Below are positions 50,965 to 62,604 of a stretch of 64,000 nt of DNA, one piece after another (the first letter of the stretch is position 1; every line of letters begins with the position of its first letter). Both the position numbers and the translations under genes were made by a program. A model generated the notes under the pieces. The model was not told the origin of the DNA. It ran no database searches and was given only the letters and a program-made list of their open reading frames with translations. This DNA comes from Sarea resinae (taxonomy: Eukaryota). The stretch is from positions 496,001 through 560,000 of the forward strand of contig JAPEUD010000007.1 of the NCBI GenBank assembly GCA_026026165.1, read 5' to 3'.

Positions 50965-52387
50965 TTAGTACCTAGGCTTGCTTGCTAGTGGCAGCGGAGG
51001 CGGAGGCTCAGGAGAGTTCCCGAAGCTGCCGCTGAGCTCCTTTTTCTTCGGAGGTGGTGGAGGCGGCTTCTTCTTCGCCGCGACTGCCGTGAGCTCCGGA
51101 CTCTGCGCAGGAGGAGGCGCAGGAGACCGATACGCTGAAGGAGGACTCGCGACTGGAGACGGAGGCTGATATGCTGAAGGCCTCGCAGCTGAAGATGAGG
51201 AAGCCCCGGTTCGGGCATTGTTGGCCTTGGTCGCCATGTCCTTCGAAAAGCTCTTCGTAGACTTCCACCCCGCTGCGACCTGATCACCATGCTTCTCTCG
51301 AAAATTGTTGGAGAAGTTTTGTGCGGATTTCCATCCGGCGGCAACCTGGTCACCATGACGTTCCCGGAAGTTATTCGCCGTGGATCCGGCACTACGTGCG
51401 TCTGACATAGAAACCGACGAGGGGTCCTTGTGGAAGGAATTGGCAGTCTTGAGTGCAGCTTGCTTATCGGCGTATGAAGTGCCACGATCCGACGCTTCCA
51501 CTTCGGGCTTCGGGGAAGACGTCGACATCTTGGAGAATCTAGAGTTCAATTCGCCGAGTTGTGGGTTTTGCGCACTTGAAGGAGGCGGGGCAGGGCTCCT
51601 GCCTCGAGACACAGATTGCTCTGGCTGCGGGGTCGACGTGCCGGACGATGGCCCGATCTCTAATCCTGGTACAGAGACACCCGCTCTCCCGAGCCTGTTC
51701 AGAGAGCCCTGATTCAGATAACCTGAATGGGCGGGGTCATCCTGTGTCGCTGCACCATATGACGGCGGAGGTGATAGAGCAGAGCCACTAGAGTTGGAGC
51801 TTTGTCGAGGCGGAAGTCGGGGCGGTAACGAGGGTTTCGGTCTTGGTGCCACGGAGCCCGTTTCCGTCTGTTGCTGGTCGAGTCTCCTCAATGGCGGCTT
51901 CGGAAGGTGGTCGGTCGAAAGCCCCGTTCGATCGGCTCGATAGGGTCCCGGGGGTGTGGCTGGCCTCTCGGCTTCCGCCTGGGCAGCTCTGGCTTCTGCT
52001 TCCTCGGCCTCTCGCTGCGCTTCGATTTCTTCTCGTGAGAGGGGCGCACCAAGTCCGCTATGATCGGGGGTGAGTCTGTCTGGTGCAGCGGCAGGACCGT
52101 GGTAGTTGATATGCTTCGGCGGGGGAGGAAACAGAGCAGGATCTTTCAGGGTCGCCAGCGGCCGCGACATGTGTTCTTCCTCATCCGCATGCGGGTCTCG
52201 CTTTTTTCCCATCCATCCCGCCTATGCGCGCAAACAAAATATGAGCAATTGTCTGGACGCATTGATCCTCTCATTCGTGTCCACATACCACGGTGTCGAT
52301 ACCCTTGAAGTCGCCTCTCCAGGTCTCCTTGCCTCCGCCCTTTCCCTGAGGATGCCATCCTCCTTTGCTGATCCCTTTGAAGCTCAT
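50965..52387 (-). CDS. Proline-rich Aim3-like protein, ~451 aa
   Basis: Exon 1 MSFKGISKGGWHPQGKGGGKETWRGDFKGIDTV, intron 52288-52222, then SRPLATLKDPALFPPPPKH, many PxxP motifs and a duplicated NNFRExHGDQVAAGWKS. Family name recalled, not verified. Confidence 0.7.
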
Positions 52388-53548
52388 GATCACGACGGAG
52401 TTACGATTGTCTCGCGCTCATGCTGTGCAATGGCGGCGGATCGTGTAGGTAGAGAGTGAATGTGCGATGACCGTAGCCCGGAGGCAGCTCTCAGCCACAA
52501 TAATGACATAGTGGGGTCGGTCACTCCATCGAGTCTGTATTATGTAAGCGACATCCAACACGTTTGCGTCGTGTTGTTGTGGTGGTCAGGAGGAGTACTA
52601 CGAAGTTGCTTCATTCTTTGGCGGGCAGCCTGAAGCTATCAATCCAGACCACTCATGCAATACAATCTCATCATCATGGACGACCGCCATGCTATGGATG
52701 CTGTGGATGCTGTGGATGCTATGGGTGCAGCTACAGGAGCTTGCTGTGATCCTCCATCATTCATGACCCCCCACACCGCATCTGTGCCGATTCACTCTCG
52801 GGCAGCGACGTGCAAGGCATCAAATGATATCGATAAGACACATCAGACACGGCATGGAGGAAGTCCATGTTGGAACGCGAATGGAAGGTCGCTCCACGCT
52901 TCGCGTTTCATCTGCTGCACGCATCGGATGCAATCGTGTGCATCGGGCGGCGTCTACCAATACCGCTGTCGGTTGGCGGTTGATGAATTGCTGTCTCGCA
53001 TATACTCTGAGTGCGGAGTATACTTCAGTAAGTTCTTGGTTCCAACCACAACCGGGCCCACGGCCACGAGGATCTTCTCTTCCCGCCTACATACATAGTA
53101 GTACAGATTGCAGGGGTCATTGGGGCGGAGCATCCACGCAACCATTTGCTCAACCAGCTGAGGCGCAGCTGCTGCAACAGCTGCCATCGATGCACCAACT
53201 CTGATCCAGCCAGCCTCTCGCTGTCGGGCGGGGAACCACCAACAGACGAACCGAACCCATGGGCAGAGATCTGTCTTCTACCCAGACCGTCTTTCTGTTC
53301 ACTTGGAGATGATTCAGTTTTCCCCTTCTTGAACAGACTATGTCGATTTGATCCTTCCAGCAATCATGATGCATGTATCTCTTTGAAGCGTTCAGCGGCT
53401 GCCATTGCTTTCAGTACGTCATTTACGTGGTTGTCAGAAACCTGATTTCTCGGGTCGACAACCGCGCTGTCCCTACACCAGGTGCAAGCATTGAGCATCC
53501 GTTCTGGTTCTAGAGGCATCCGGGGAGACTCATACCGCTCTCGTTGTA

Positions 53549-54847
53549 ATGGTGGAGTTACAGGAGATGAAGGAGGAGAACGCGGCGAAGAAGGTCAACC
53601 GTAAGGCTGCCTTCTCCGCTGCTCTCGCTGAGGACGCATACAACCCTGACACCGCCTGTGGAATGGATCTTGCGACACTTGTGCGACAGAAGATGATGGT
53701 AGAGAAAGAGAAAAAGAATGGCGAACGTCGCAATTCGTTCCTGAGCGCCGTCCGTGACTATGCCGGGGTCGGTCTCGAGGCTAGCCGTTGTATCGACCTG
53801 GCAGAACTTGAGCCGCATACAAGGCGACTGATGGGGTTTCCGGACACGATTGTCAAGAGACAGGACTTTCAGGATACAAATGCTCCCAACATCTCGCAGG
53901 CTCCGAACACAAAGAGTCCGAAGTGGTCAGATGACCCAGGCCTCACAGACGCAGGGGCCTCGGATCCGACGTCCTCGGTCTCTAGTCACAGTTCAAACGT
54001 ACCCAAAACTGCAGGACCGGCTACCATCACCAGCACATCCAAAAGCCTCTCGGGCTCATCGAGTGCAACCGCATCATCTTCACTCGGGAGTGCAGCCGCC
54101 GCATCTGCGAGCAGCGCTGCCGCAGTGAGCAGCGAAGTCGCAGCCTTCACGTCAGCCTTCGGCTTCCTGCCAACCGACGATCCTTCGTCATCATCGTCAT
54201 CACACCACCATATCTCCCAAGCCGCTCTCGTTGTTGCTATCGTCATCCCCATCCTTGCCGCGGTCGCCGCCCTCGCCTTCCTCTTTCTCTGCTTCCGCGA
54301 CCGCAGAAGACGCCGTCGCTCGCCCAATGCGCTGGAACCGAAACCCTTGCTCCCCACGAGCATGACGCCCTGGCGTACACGCCCTACGGCTGCATCATCT
54401 ATCCCGCTCCGGCCCACCTCAAGGAACTCGGGCTATTACACTGGTCTCAACTCCTCGGCCAGAGAGGGCGGGGACGAAATGGAACCCCCGCCTCCTTATC
54501 AACATCGCGTTTCGCTCCACGACCATCCCATCGACGAAGATCCCGTCTTCATGCAATCGCAGGAAGAGCTGGCGAGAGGAGGTGTGGGAGGTCAACACCT
54601 TTCCGAAGACAACATCAATACCCACCAACAGGGCCCTCCACCTGGTATCAGCCTCGCCGATCGCGACGGTATCGGCATCTCTCATTCCCCGTTCGCCCAT
54701 CCTGACGACAACGACCACGATGATGCCGTCTCCGACGTGTCCGATACATTCGAGCGTCGAATCCACCCGGGCCGGGACGCGGACGAGGTCTCCGTGATTT
54801 CTGCGTCGGATGTATCACGCCAGCCCGTGCGTCAGGACCGTCTTTGA
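53549..54847 (+). CDS. Single-pass membrane protein with an S/T-rich ectodomain (Mid2/Wsc-like architecture)
   Basis: S/T/A-rich stretch, TM segment AALVVAIVIPILAAVAALAFLFLCF followed by RDRRRRRR, and a PPPY motif in the tail. Start codon uncertain. Confidence 0.7.
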   Translation: MVELQEMKEENAAKKVNRKAAFSAALAEDAYNPDTACGMDLATLVRQKMMVEKEKKNGERRNSFLSAVRDYAGVGLEASRCIDLAELEPHTRRLMGFPDTIVKRQDFQDTNAPNISQAPNTKSPKWSDDPGLTDAGASDPTSSVSSHSSNVPKTAGPATITSTSKSLSGSSSATASSSLGSAAAASASSAAAVSSEVAAFTSAFGFLPTDDPSSSSSSHHHISQAALVVAIVIPILAAVAALAFLFLCFRDRRRRRRSPNALEPKPLLPTSMTPWRTRPTAASSIPLRPTSRNSGYYTGLNSSAREGGDEMEPPPPYQHRVSLHDHPIDEDPVFMQSQEELARGGVGGQHLSEDNINTHQQGPPPGISLADRDGIGISHSPFAHPDDNDHDDAVSDVSDTFERRIHPGRDADEVSVISASDVSRQPVRQDRL

Positions 54848-56093
54848 TTTTTATTGAACGGAAAAAAGAAAAGGGCATATATGCTATCTTAGGTGGACGT
54901 CTCTGCTTTCTGCTTTTTGCTTTTGCTTTTAGAAGGCCGCCCACTTCCCTCACCCCCCCTCAAACGGGGACGGGTTAGAAATTGGTAGTTTCTCATGTCT
55001 CTTTCGTCGGGCTATCGAAAGGCGTTTCTATAAAGATACGGATATGATATGGCATATGGAAATGCCACGGGATGGGATGTTATAGGGATGGGAATGGGAC
55101 GGCATATGATCGGATCAGATGGCATACCTAAACGCCCAATTTTAGCTAGCCACCTCACTTTTTGCTAGCTAGCTAGCTAGCTATACAGCTTTGCAATGAG
55201 ATCAAGAATTTACGACATCACATTGATGCCCTAAGGACTACGTGATTGCGGCTGGGAAGTGCTGCCGGATCATTTTTTTTTCTCACTCACGCACACTTCT
55301 TCTATCTCTGTGTCGGTGTGGGTGTCGGTGTATCGCGGGTAGCTCCATCAATGAGACGTTCTAGATGCGTGGGTGGGCTGAGGGAGGTGAGGTGGTTTAG
55401 AGCTGGGAGACGAAAAGGAGATGAATGACGGTGGGGCTGTGTGGAGGTGAGCAGAGGAGTGAAATGGGGAGGTGAATCTGGAAGTCGAAGTCCAAGTTGA
55501 AGTTGAAGTCGAAGTGACAGGGAAAGGGGAATGCGAAGGTGACTGTGATAAGAGGAGTAGAAGTGGAAGAAGTGGAAGAGCGATCCTAATCACGCAACAG
55601 AGAGAGAGAGAGATGTGTGAAACATTCTATAGAAAAGTTAACTAGGTAGGTGAATATGCCTCGCACGACGACCGTCCAGGAAGCCGAGCCGCATTCGCAT
55701 CACACTCAGCCGCCCATCAGCCCCTCTCTCCACACTCCCAATTGATTGCGGTTCCACCACCTTCGCAACCGTTCCAGCCCACACCAACCCACAAGGATGC
55801 TCGCATGACGAAGAGAAGAGGAACAAGACATCTCGCCTTTCCGTCACTCGTTGGGTGAAAGAGAAAGAGGAAATAGAGAAAAGGAAAAAGTAGCTAGCTA
55901 ACTAGCTAGGTGTGTATGTATGATTGAATATATGTATGGTCGGGTAAGCGAAAAAGAGACGTGGTGGCCGTCTTTCGGGCCCAGGTGGTGAGATGGCTCG
56001 TCCAGGGCGTCAATGGTGCTGGGATTGAGATAGGAGCCGTTTGGTGGTAAGGATCTCATTGTTAGTGTTCCAGTAGGTAGCTAGGCTTGCAGT
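54848..56093. repeat. Microsatellite-rich convergent intergenic island: (TTTTGC)n, (GGGAT)n, (TAGC)n, (GAAGTY)n, (GA)n
   Basis: Read directly from the sequence. Confidence 0.8.
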
Positions 56094-56899
56094 CTACGCT
56101 CTCGGTGTGTTCGGGACGGGCGCGGTCGGCCTGGTAAGCGGTCCCGCGTCCCTGATCCTGACGCAGACGTCGGGGTAGCCTGTGAGAAGAACGTGCAAAA
56201 CGCCACGGATCAGTAGCCAGTCGCAGGAAATTTTCCCTCAAGGGCCGGCCGACTTCGGCATGACATACCAAGATCGACGCACTCGCGGTGCAAGCGCTTG
56301 GCCCTCTCCAGCCAGACACGGCTCTCGGCCCCGTCTGGAACGGTGACCAGCACCGTCGGCGGCAGACGCTCCGGGTCGCTCTCGAAGCCCGAGCGCACAA
56401 AGTCGACGGTCAGCCAGTCTGCGCGCGTCGGGTCGAGGAAGCGGGCCACGACCTCCTGCAGACGGCCGCGGCGCCATTCTTTCGAGAGGCGCGAATTCGG
56501 TTCGATGGCGGCGGTCCAGAAGCTGAGGCGGTCGGAGTCTGGGCCGCTGCTGCCGACGCCGCGGACGTCGTTGGCATCGATGGCGCGGTCGATGACCCAG
56601 TAGGTGCCGTTGAAGAGGAGGAGGTCGGAGGGTGAGGATGGGGGGACTGAGCTGGCCGTCGTCAGGAATCGGTCGTCGACGAAGTAGTGCGTGGAGACGT
56701 AGGTTGGTGGGGAGAATCCATTGATGGTGTAACGAGCGGAGACATAGGCTTGTGGATATAGCGGCTGCGGCAGAGGCAGTAGCAGTGGTGGTTGTAGGGG
56801 GGCCTCGGGGTCTTCGCTCATTGAAGGAGGATGTTGGACGAGGGAAGGACCGGGGGAGTGGGGATTGTCGTCGGAGTGGAGTATTTTTCTGACGGCCAT
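56094..56899 (-). CDS. Hypothetical protein, ~238 aa
   Basis: Coding-like high GC3. Intron 56268-56180 (GTATGT...ACTGAT...CAG) gives the last exon GYPDVCVRIRDAGPLTRPTAPVPNTPRA*. Confidence 0.6.
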
Positions 56900-57504
56900 T
56901 TGACTGTATGAGATATGATGATGATGATAAGCAGGAGGTGGATGTTATGATTGTGAATGCTTGTATTGATGACGATTCTAGATAAAGTCGAAAGCACAAG
57001 AAACAAGTGAAATGAGAGAAAGCTGGAGAGGGTCCGCCAGCAAACGCAGCAGCATCTAGAAAGCCAAGACTATCGGAAAGCAAACGGATAGGAAAGAAAG
57101 CAAGTCGGTCTATTAACGAAAAGCGTCAAGTTGAAGTCCGGTCGTTCAGGTAGACGCATGAAGCTTAGTCCATCGCAGCAGTCCAAACCACCAAGGTCCT
57201 TCGAATGTTGCAAGTCAGAACATCAACTGCGGTTCTGCTTGAAATTGAGAGCTGAATTGCCTAGCGATGATAAAAGGAGCTACGAAAAGATACGAGGAAA
57301 GAACTGAATGAGACTAAGAAAAAAGAACAGAGAGTATAATTTCGAAGCTTAAAAGCCAGCCTGGGGTGGAGGATACTGATCAGCGGAAGTGGGAGCGGAA
57401 GCTTGTGATGGGAAACATCGTTGGAATAGGTAGCAAACCTGGCGGCGGGAGCTAAACGAAGGGTGTCGGGGCGGCCGAGACCTGCATCTTATCTTATCTT
57501 ATCT

Positions 57505-58115
57505 TCCAGAAGCGAAGCTCAGCTTCACCCTTCCGTGATTCGATTCCTTCTCGAAAGCAGGAACGTGGGCCTCAGTGAATCGCATTCGGTCTGCACGACC
57601 TTGTTGTCGAGGTAGCCATGCGAGACCCGTTGTGTTGCGTCTTCATTGTGGTTACGAATTACGAGTCTCATCCCCCCCGCCATCTATGGAAGCGCCTCGA
57701 CGACAAGGTCTCGCCCACCGGCCGTGGCGGTTGAAAGGCCGAGGGAAGAAACGGTACCTTAATTGAAGGTTATGCGGGCGCTACTGCTAGTGCTGCGGAA
57801 GCCGGGCACCAGCGTCCGGATAGCAACACCTTCGGTCTGTCTCGGACCTTATAAGCGTATCAGGGATGCCAATTTGGCGAAGTGTCTTGGCTGCGCTCAG
57901 GCTGCGTCCACGGCGCAGCGCCGAGGGCTCGGTGTCCAATACCCTTACCAGTACGGAGAAGGGAGGCTTCGTGGTATTATTTTGGCTGTCGTAGGCGCAG
58001 ACAAAGAAACGCCTCTGCCCTCAACACGACCTTCTGGATCACTCGCGTTGGTTCTTCTGGGATGGAGTGACGGAGCTGAGCCTCTGAATCTCTCTCAGTG
58101 TTCACCGCTGGTGAT
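57505..58115 (+). ncRNA. Candidate structured non-coding RNA, family unassigned
   Basis: 16-17 bp stem 57597-57613/57694-57710 plus several further stems, most containing G-U pairs on the + strand. No convincing ORF. Confidence 0.3.
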
Positions 58116-59881
58116 GATGGCAAGGTGGCGAGATGGTAATCCCATGATATGGATGATGACCCCATAATCATTTTATCTCTTCTACGGTAGCTGGTATCAT
58201 TGGGCCTCTGTTTGCTGAGGGAGGCAGAAAGGTAATTTACGACATGTAATTTAAAGATATCCCTGTCGAACTCTCTTCAAGATACGAACAACATCAACAT
58301 CAGAGGACCACCAGTCACCGCCCGAGTACTGCGCAGTACACCTGGATACAGAGAGTAGGTACAAAGCACAATGTACTGTTTTGGTTCGATCAGACGGAGC
58401 GGATCATAGCGCAGGGACTGAATTGTGACAGTCGGGGCTAAAGTTACCTGTCCCTGGCTGCCGGGCTCTCTTTAGTCTTTTCCTTGATGGGGCCTGCGGC
58501 GATCAGCGCCGATCGATCGACGGTCCCGCGCAATGGTCAGCATCCCCGTCTCAGTGTATCAATGTTGCGCGAACCTTGAAGCACGAAGTAGTCAGACTCG
58601 GGCACGGACTAGAAAGTGAGGTGAGGTGAGGTGGCCTGGAGGTGAGGCTAGGTAAGGCAAGGAAAGGCAAGGTAAGGTAAGGTAATATGCACTCGTTAGT
58701 AGGTGATTGATCGATCGCATCGCATCTCCGTCTCCACGATTCACCCCAGCGCTATCATATGATACCTAGCACCTAGGTCTCCCTATGTACCTACTCGAGT
58801 AGTGCTCTGTAGAAGGTGGGAGGACCTCTTTCCCCACCATTTCGAAGGGCTCGAGGACCAATTGATCCATTAGAATCGATGGATGTTCATGATCTGATTA
58901 CCTACCTAAGACTCTTCTCGGGCGCTGTGTCAGTTCCCTTTACAGATGATCCGTGATCAATTGCCTCGCCTTCCTGATTCTCCCGTTAGGTTTGGCCTTC
59001 CTCTCACAAGACATGCTTGTGTAACGCCACCATGGACCCATGGACTCTCAGTGGTTCTTTTTGACGTCTGAGAGACGCAAGGCACGCATGAGGTCTGTAT
59101 ATGTGTGTATTCACTCCCCTCCATCCCCCCCATCCCACCATACACGCATATTGTGTACACACACTGCTCCACAATAGCGTGCGGCGTGCTTCGGTACATG
59201 TGAGTAGTCTGAGAGAGCTTTGGCGGTCTTTTCAGGCCATTGAAGCCATTGAAGCCATGAAGCCATGATGAACACCTCACCTCCCCTCACCTCAAGATCA
59301 ATCAATTGATCAACCTTTCAATCAATTGGTCGAATGAGCGCAAGCAAGCAGCTGAAGCCAAGCACTCTTTTCCTCCTTTCAATTCTCCCCTTCCGTCAAG
59401 CATATGAGAGTTCTCCCATCCGTAGATATCCATCCTCGTATCGAAAGCTGTCTTGTACCCTGTACCGAGAAAACGGCCCGCGGAGAGCCCACCCTTCCAC
59501 GCACGAACCCGCCGGCAGCAACGCGTGAAAGTGAATTGATGCAAGCAAACGGCGTGTGAATTTCTCCACTTACTGCCGCTATCCCCCCCCCCCCACAAGG
59601 CGGTAGAGATGCAGAGTGAAGATGAATAGCAGCCCTCTGATCTGTTGAAGCGAGGAAGCTGTACTACCTTCGATTCCTTCCACCTCCACCTGGTCCTTCT
59701 ACACCTTTCCTCTGACGTTTGATTCCTTTCCCGACTTCGAGATCACGCTTCAACGACCACCTCGCACTCTTTTTCACGCCCTTTACCACTATCCTCATCA
59801 TCACCCTCCTCCTCCTCATCATCATCATCCTCCGTTGCCTTTCATCCCGTCCAATCTTCAATCTTCTTACTCATCTCCAAC

Positions 59882-61884
59882 ATGGGGCTCTCGCGCCGTG
59901 CCGGCCATGACTGGGGTGCGCCTAACCTTGATGTGTTGGGCATGGTGTATATGTCTGTCTGCGTGGCATACACTCTGCTCTTCCTCGCGGGATTAAGCGT
60001 CTTGTACTACTATCGCACTTTACCCTTCGTGCGGATGAGGAACTACAATCTTGTAGCCACCGCGCTGCTGACGCTTCATGTGTATCTTGTCATGGACCTC
60101 ATCGTCTATCCTCTGAACGGACTCTTTCCTTGTGACCTTGAGTTCTGGATCATGAACGTCTACCTTCCGCTCGGCATGGCTTTGTTCCAAGCTCAGAACA
60201 TGCAATTGCTCAGTTTGAGCGTTCAGCAGAAGCGCATGTCGTGGACCCCAAAGGAGAAACCGCATCCAGCTTTGAGGCATAGGAGGCTGTCAACTGTCGC
60301 CGAGCTTCGCCGCCGCTGGAGGGAAATGAACTTTGTTCGCCAAGTGTATGCCTTCATCGTGATAGGTATTATCCTTCAGGTAAGCTCTGTCTTCTTTCGC
60401 ACACGCTGTCATCTTTACATGCTGCCTTCTTTGCACGCTCTCTCATCACTCGGACACCCTTCAAGGACTGACAACTTTTCAGCTCTTTGTCGGTCTCTTC
60501 ATCTTCTTCACCTCACGCCAGTTCCACGGTTCTTATGGTCTTGAATCGCACTACGTCAGCAAAGCGGAGTGCCGGCGGGGACTGGAGTGGTAAGTTCTAT
60601 CTTCTTTGAACTACTGCGTGCTTTCTAACAACCTTCACAGGCTTCCTTCAATCTTCTGGCAGTTCTTCTGGACTTACGGATTCGGTCCCTTCATTCTCTT
60701 CAAGATTCGACACATCCAAGACATCCATCATTGGTCGCTTCAGACCAGACTGTCTATTCTCTTGAGGTATGAGACGTGAACGATCTTTCCTCACAGAAGC
60801 TAAATCATACTCTTCAGTCTACCCGGAACACCGCTGTGGCTCACTGCAGTCTACTCTGACAAGTTTGCCAATATCAATCTGTGGTGGCCACCTTCCATGT
60901 GGTATGTATTCCCATGCATCGTAGCAGCACCTGATCCTAATTTGGCGACTTGCCTAGGTTTGCCCCTGGCATGATGGGTCTGCAAATGTTGACCATTGGT
61001 GTTCCTTTGTGGAAAATTATCAAGACAAAGCTCTCGCGCACCCGATCTTCGACGGATAAATGGGAGAACCAAGGTCTCAACCAGGTCTCGACAACAATGG
61101 ATTCCACTAAGCAATCTGGCTCTCTCGAGACTGATACCAGCGCTGGACGACGCCTGTACGGATATGACGCTCTCGATCTGGCCTTGCAAGAGGAACGTAA
61201 GGATCTCTTCAACTTTGCCGCCACCAGAGACTTTACCGGCGAGAACATTGTGTTTTTGACTCAAGTGAAGGACTGGAAGGCCATGTGGATCCAGCTGATT
61301 CTTGATAACGAGATGACTATGGGGAACAAGCGAAAGATGTACGACGAGGCCGCTAAGATCTACTTCTCCAATGTCAATATGGACACTGCAGAGTTTCCCG
61401 TCAATCTCGAGGGAAAGATTCAAAAGCAATTGAAAGCCATGTTCGACTCAGATGGTCTCACGTACCAGAAGGCCGCTGTCGCTCCTTGGGAGCAGGATGT
61501 CATCACTACCACCTGGACCCAGCCCAAGCTCCACAACAACTTCGGCTCCGAGGGCGAAGGCCTCATCACCATCGTTCCTATGCAGATGGTGCCCATGCAG
61601 ATGATACCCATGCAGATGATGCCCGTCTCGCGTCAGGCTCCTAAGGGATTTGATAGCAATGTCTTTGATGCGGCTGAGCAGTCTGTCAAATACATGGTCT
61701 TCACCAATACCTGGGTCAAGTATGTGTTGTGTCCTCGGCAATTCAAAGATCTCCGCTAACAACACCTTGCAGGTACGTTGAAGATCTTGAGGCTACTAAG
61801 AGTCGTCCTGGAACGAGCAATTCTGGCGCCTCTGCGGCTAAGTCCTCCGGATTTAGATCGTTCTTCGGTAGGCGCAAGCGTTAG
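59882..61884 (+). CDS. gprK: GprK-like 7TM protein fused to an RGS domain, multi-exon
   Basis: PFVRMRN, FPCDLEFWIMNVYLPLGMALFQAQN, CRRGLEW, DIHHWSLQT, LPGTPLWL; RGS motifs FAATRDFTGENIVFL, FPVNLE, VFDAAEQSVKYMVFTNTW. Confidence 0.9.
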
Positions 61885-62448
61885 CTTTATTGCCTCGCAA
61901 GCGTTAGCTTTACTGCAAAGCATGAACTGATGCTAGGATGTGGATTGGATGTGCTGGATACCAGAGATTCAGCTTGTAGCAGCTTTTCGGATTCTCTGCG
62001 ACGGTCCTTAATCTTCTGAATACCCCGGGCAGGCAATGGCTTCGATATGATAGGTCATAGGTGTTGAAATGAGGTGGCTCTGGCTTACAAATAGTTTCCC
62101 AGATAGTGAAACAATAAATCTGGTGTACATGTGTTGATGCTCTCGTGACGCTTGTGTTCATCGCTCACTAGTAAGTGATTCAGTTTGATGCTTTGTATCA
62201 GAAGCACGATGACTACAGCACCATACCTAATATAACAACGGCTTCATATTGCTGGTACTCTACGCCTGTAGATGTGCGACCAGGTCATATATTGGATCGC
62301 GAAACCGATCCAGCGGAAATCTTGCCGCAGTTTGCGCAATGGCACGCGGTTCTGCGAAATGCGATCGAGTGTAGTGATGCCAGCGACTTTACTTGCTATG
62401 TCATAGCGCGGGGTGCCCACGGAACGCAAACGAGACAAACACATGGCT

Positions 62449-62458
62449 CCGACTTCGG
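62449..62458. promoter_or_regulatory. Leu3/LeuB-type site CCG-N4-CGG upstream of LEU2
   Basis: CCGACTTCGG about 150 nt upstream of the ATG; TATA-like ATATAA at ~62531. Confidence 0.55.
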
Positions 62459-62604
62459 CAACACACATCCCACCTCCAGACTTCAGCCCCGCGAAAAGCT
62501 ACCGTGCGTACGTGACCTGACCTACGTCAAATATAAGAACTCTTACGATTCTCCGGAAGCAAAAGCCCAACAGCTCCCACAGCGCCAATTGCTCAATTAA
62601 GATC

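Noticed and set aside
57431..57547. A-box/B-box-like pair (TAGCAAACCTGG ... GATTCGATTCC) suggesting a tRNA or Pol III gene
   Set aside because: Both boxes are mismatched and no cloverleaf can be drawn
58111..58218. Possible C/D snoRNA (RTGATGA at 58111 and 58153, CTGA at 58215)
   Set aside because: No terminal stem and no rRNA complementarity I can recognise
57000..59880. Canonical telomerase RNA, RNase P/MRP, SRP or snRNA gene
   Set aside because: No TAACCCTAA template and no clear CR-I/CR-V, SRP helix 8 or snRNA signature found by eye; left as an unassigned candidate
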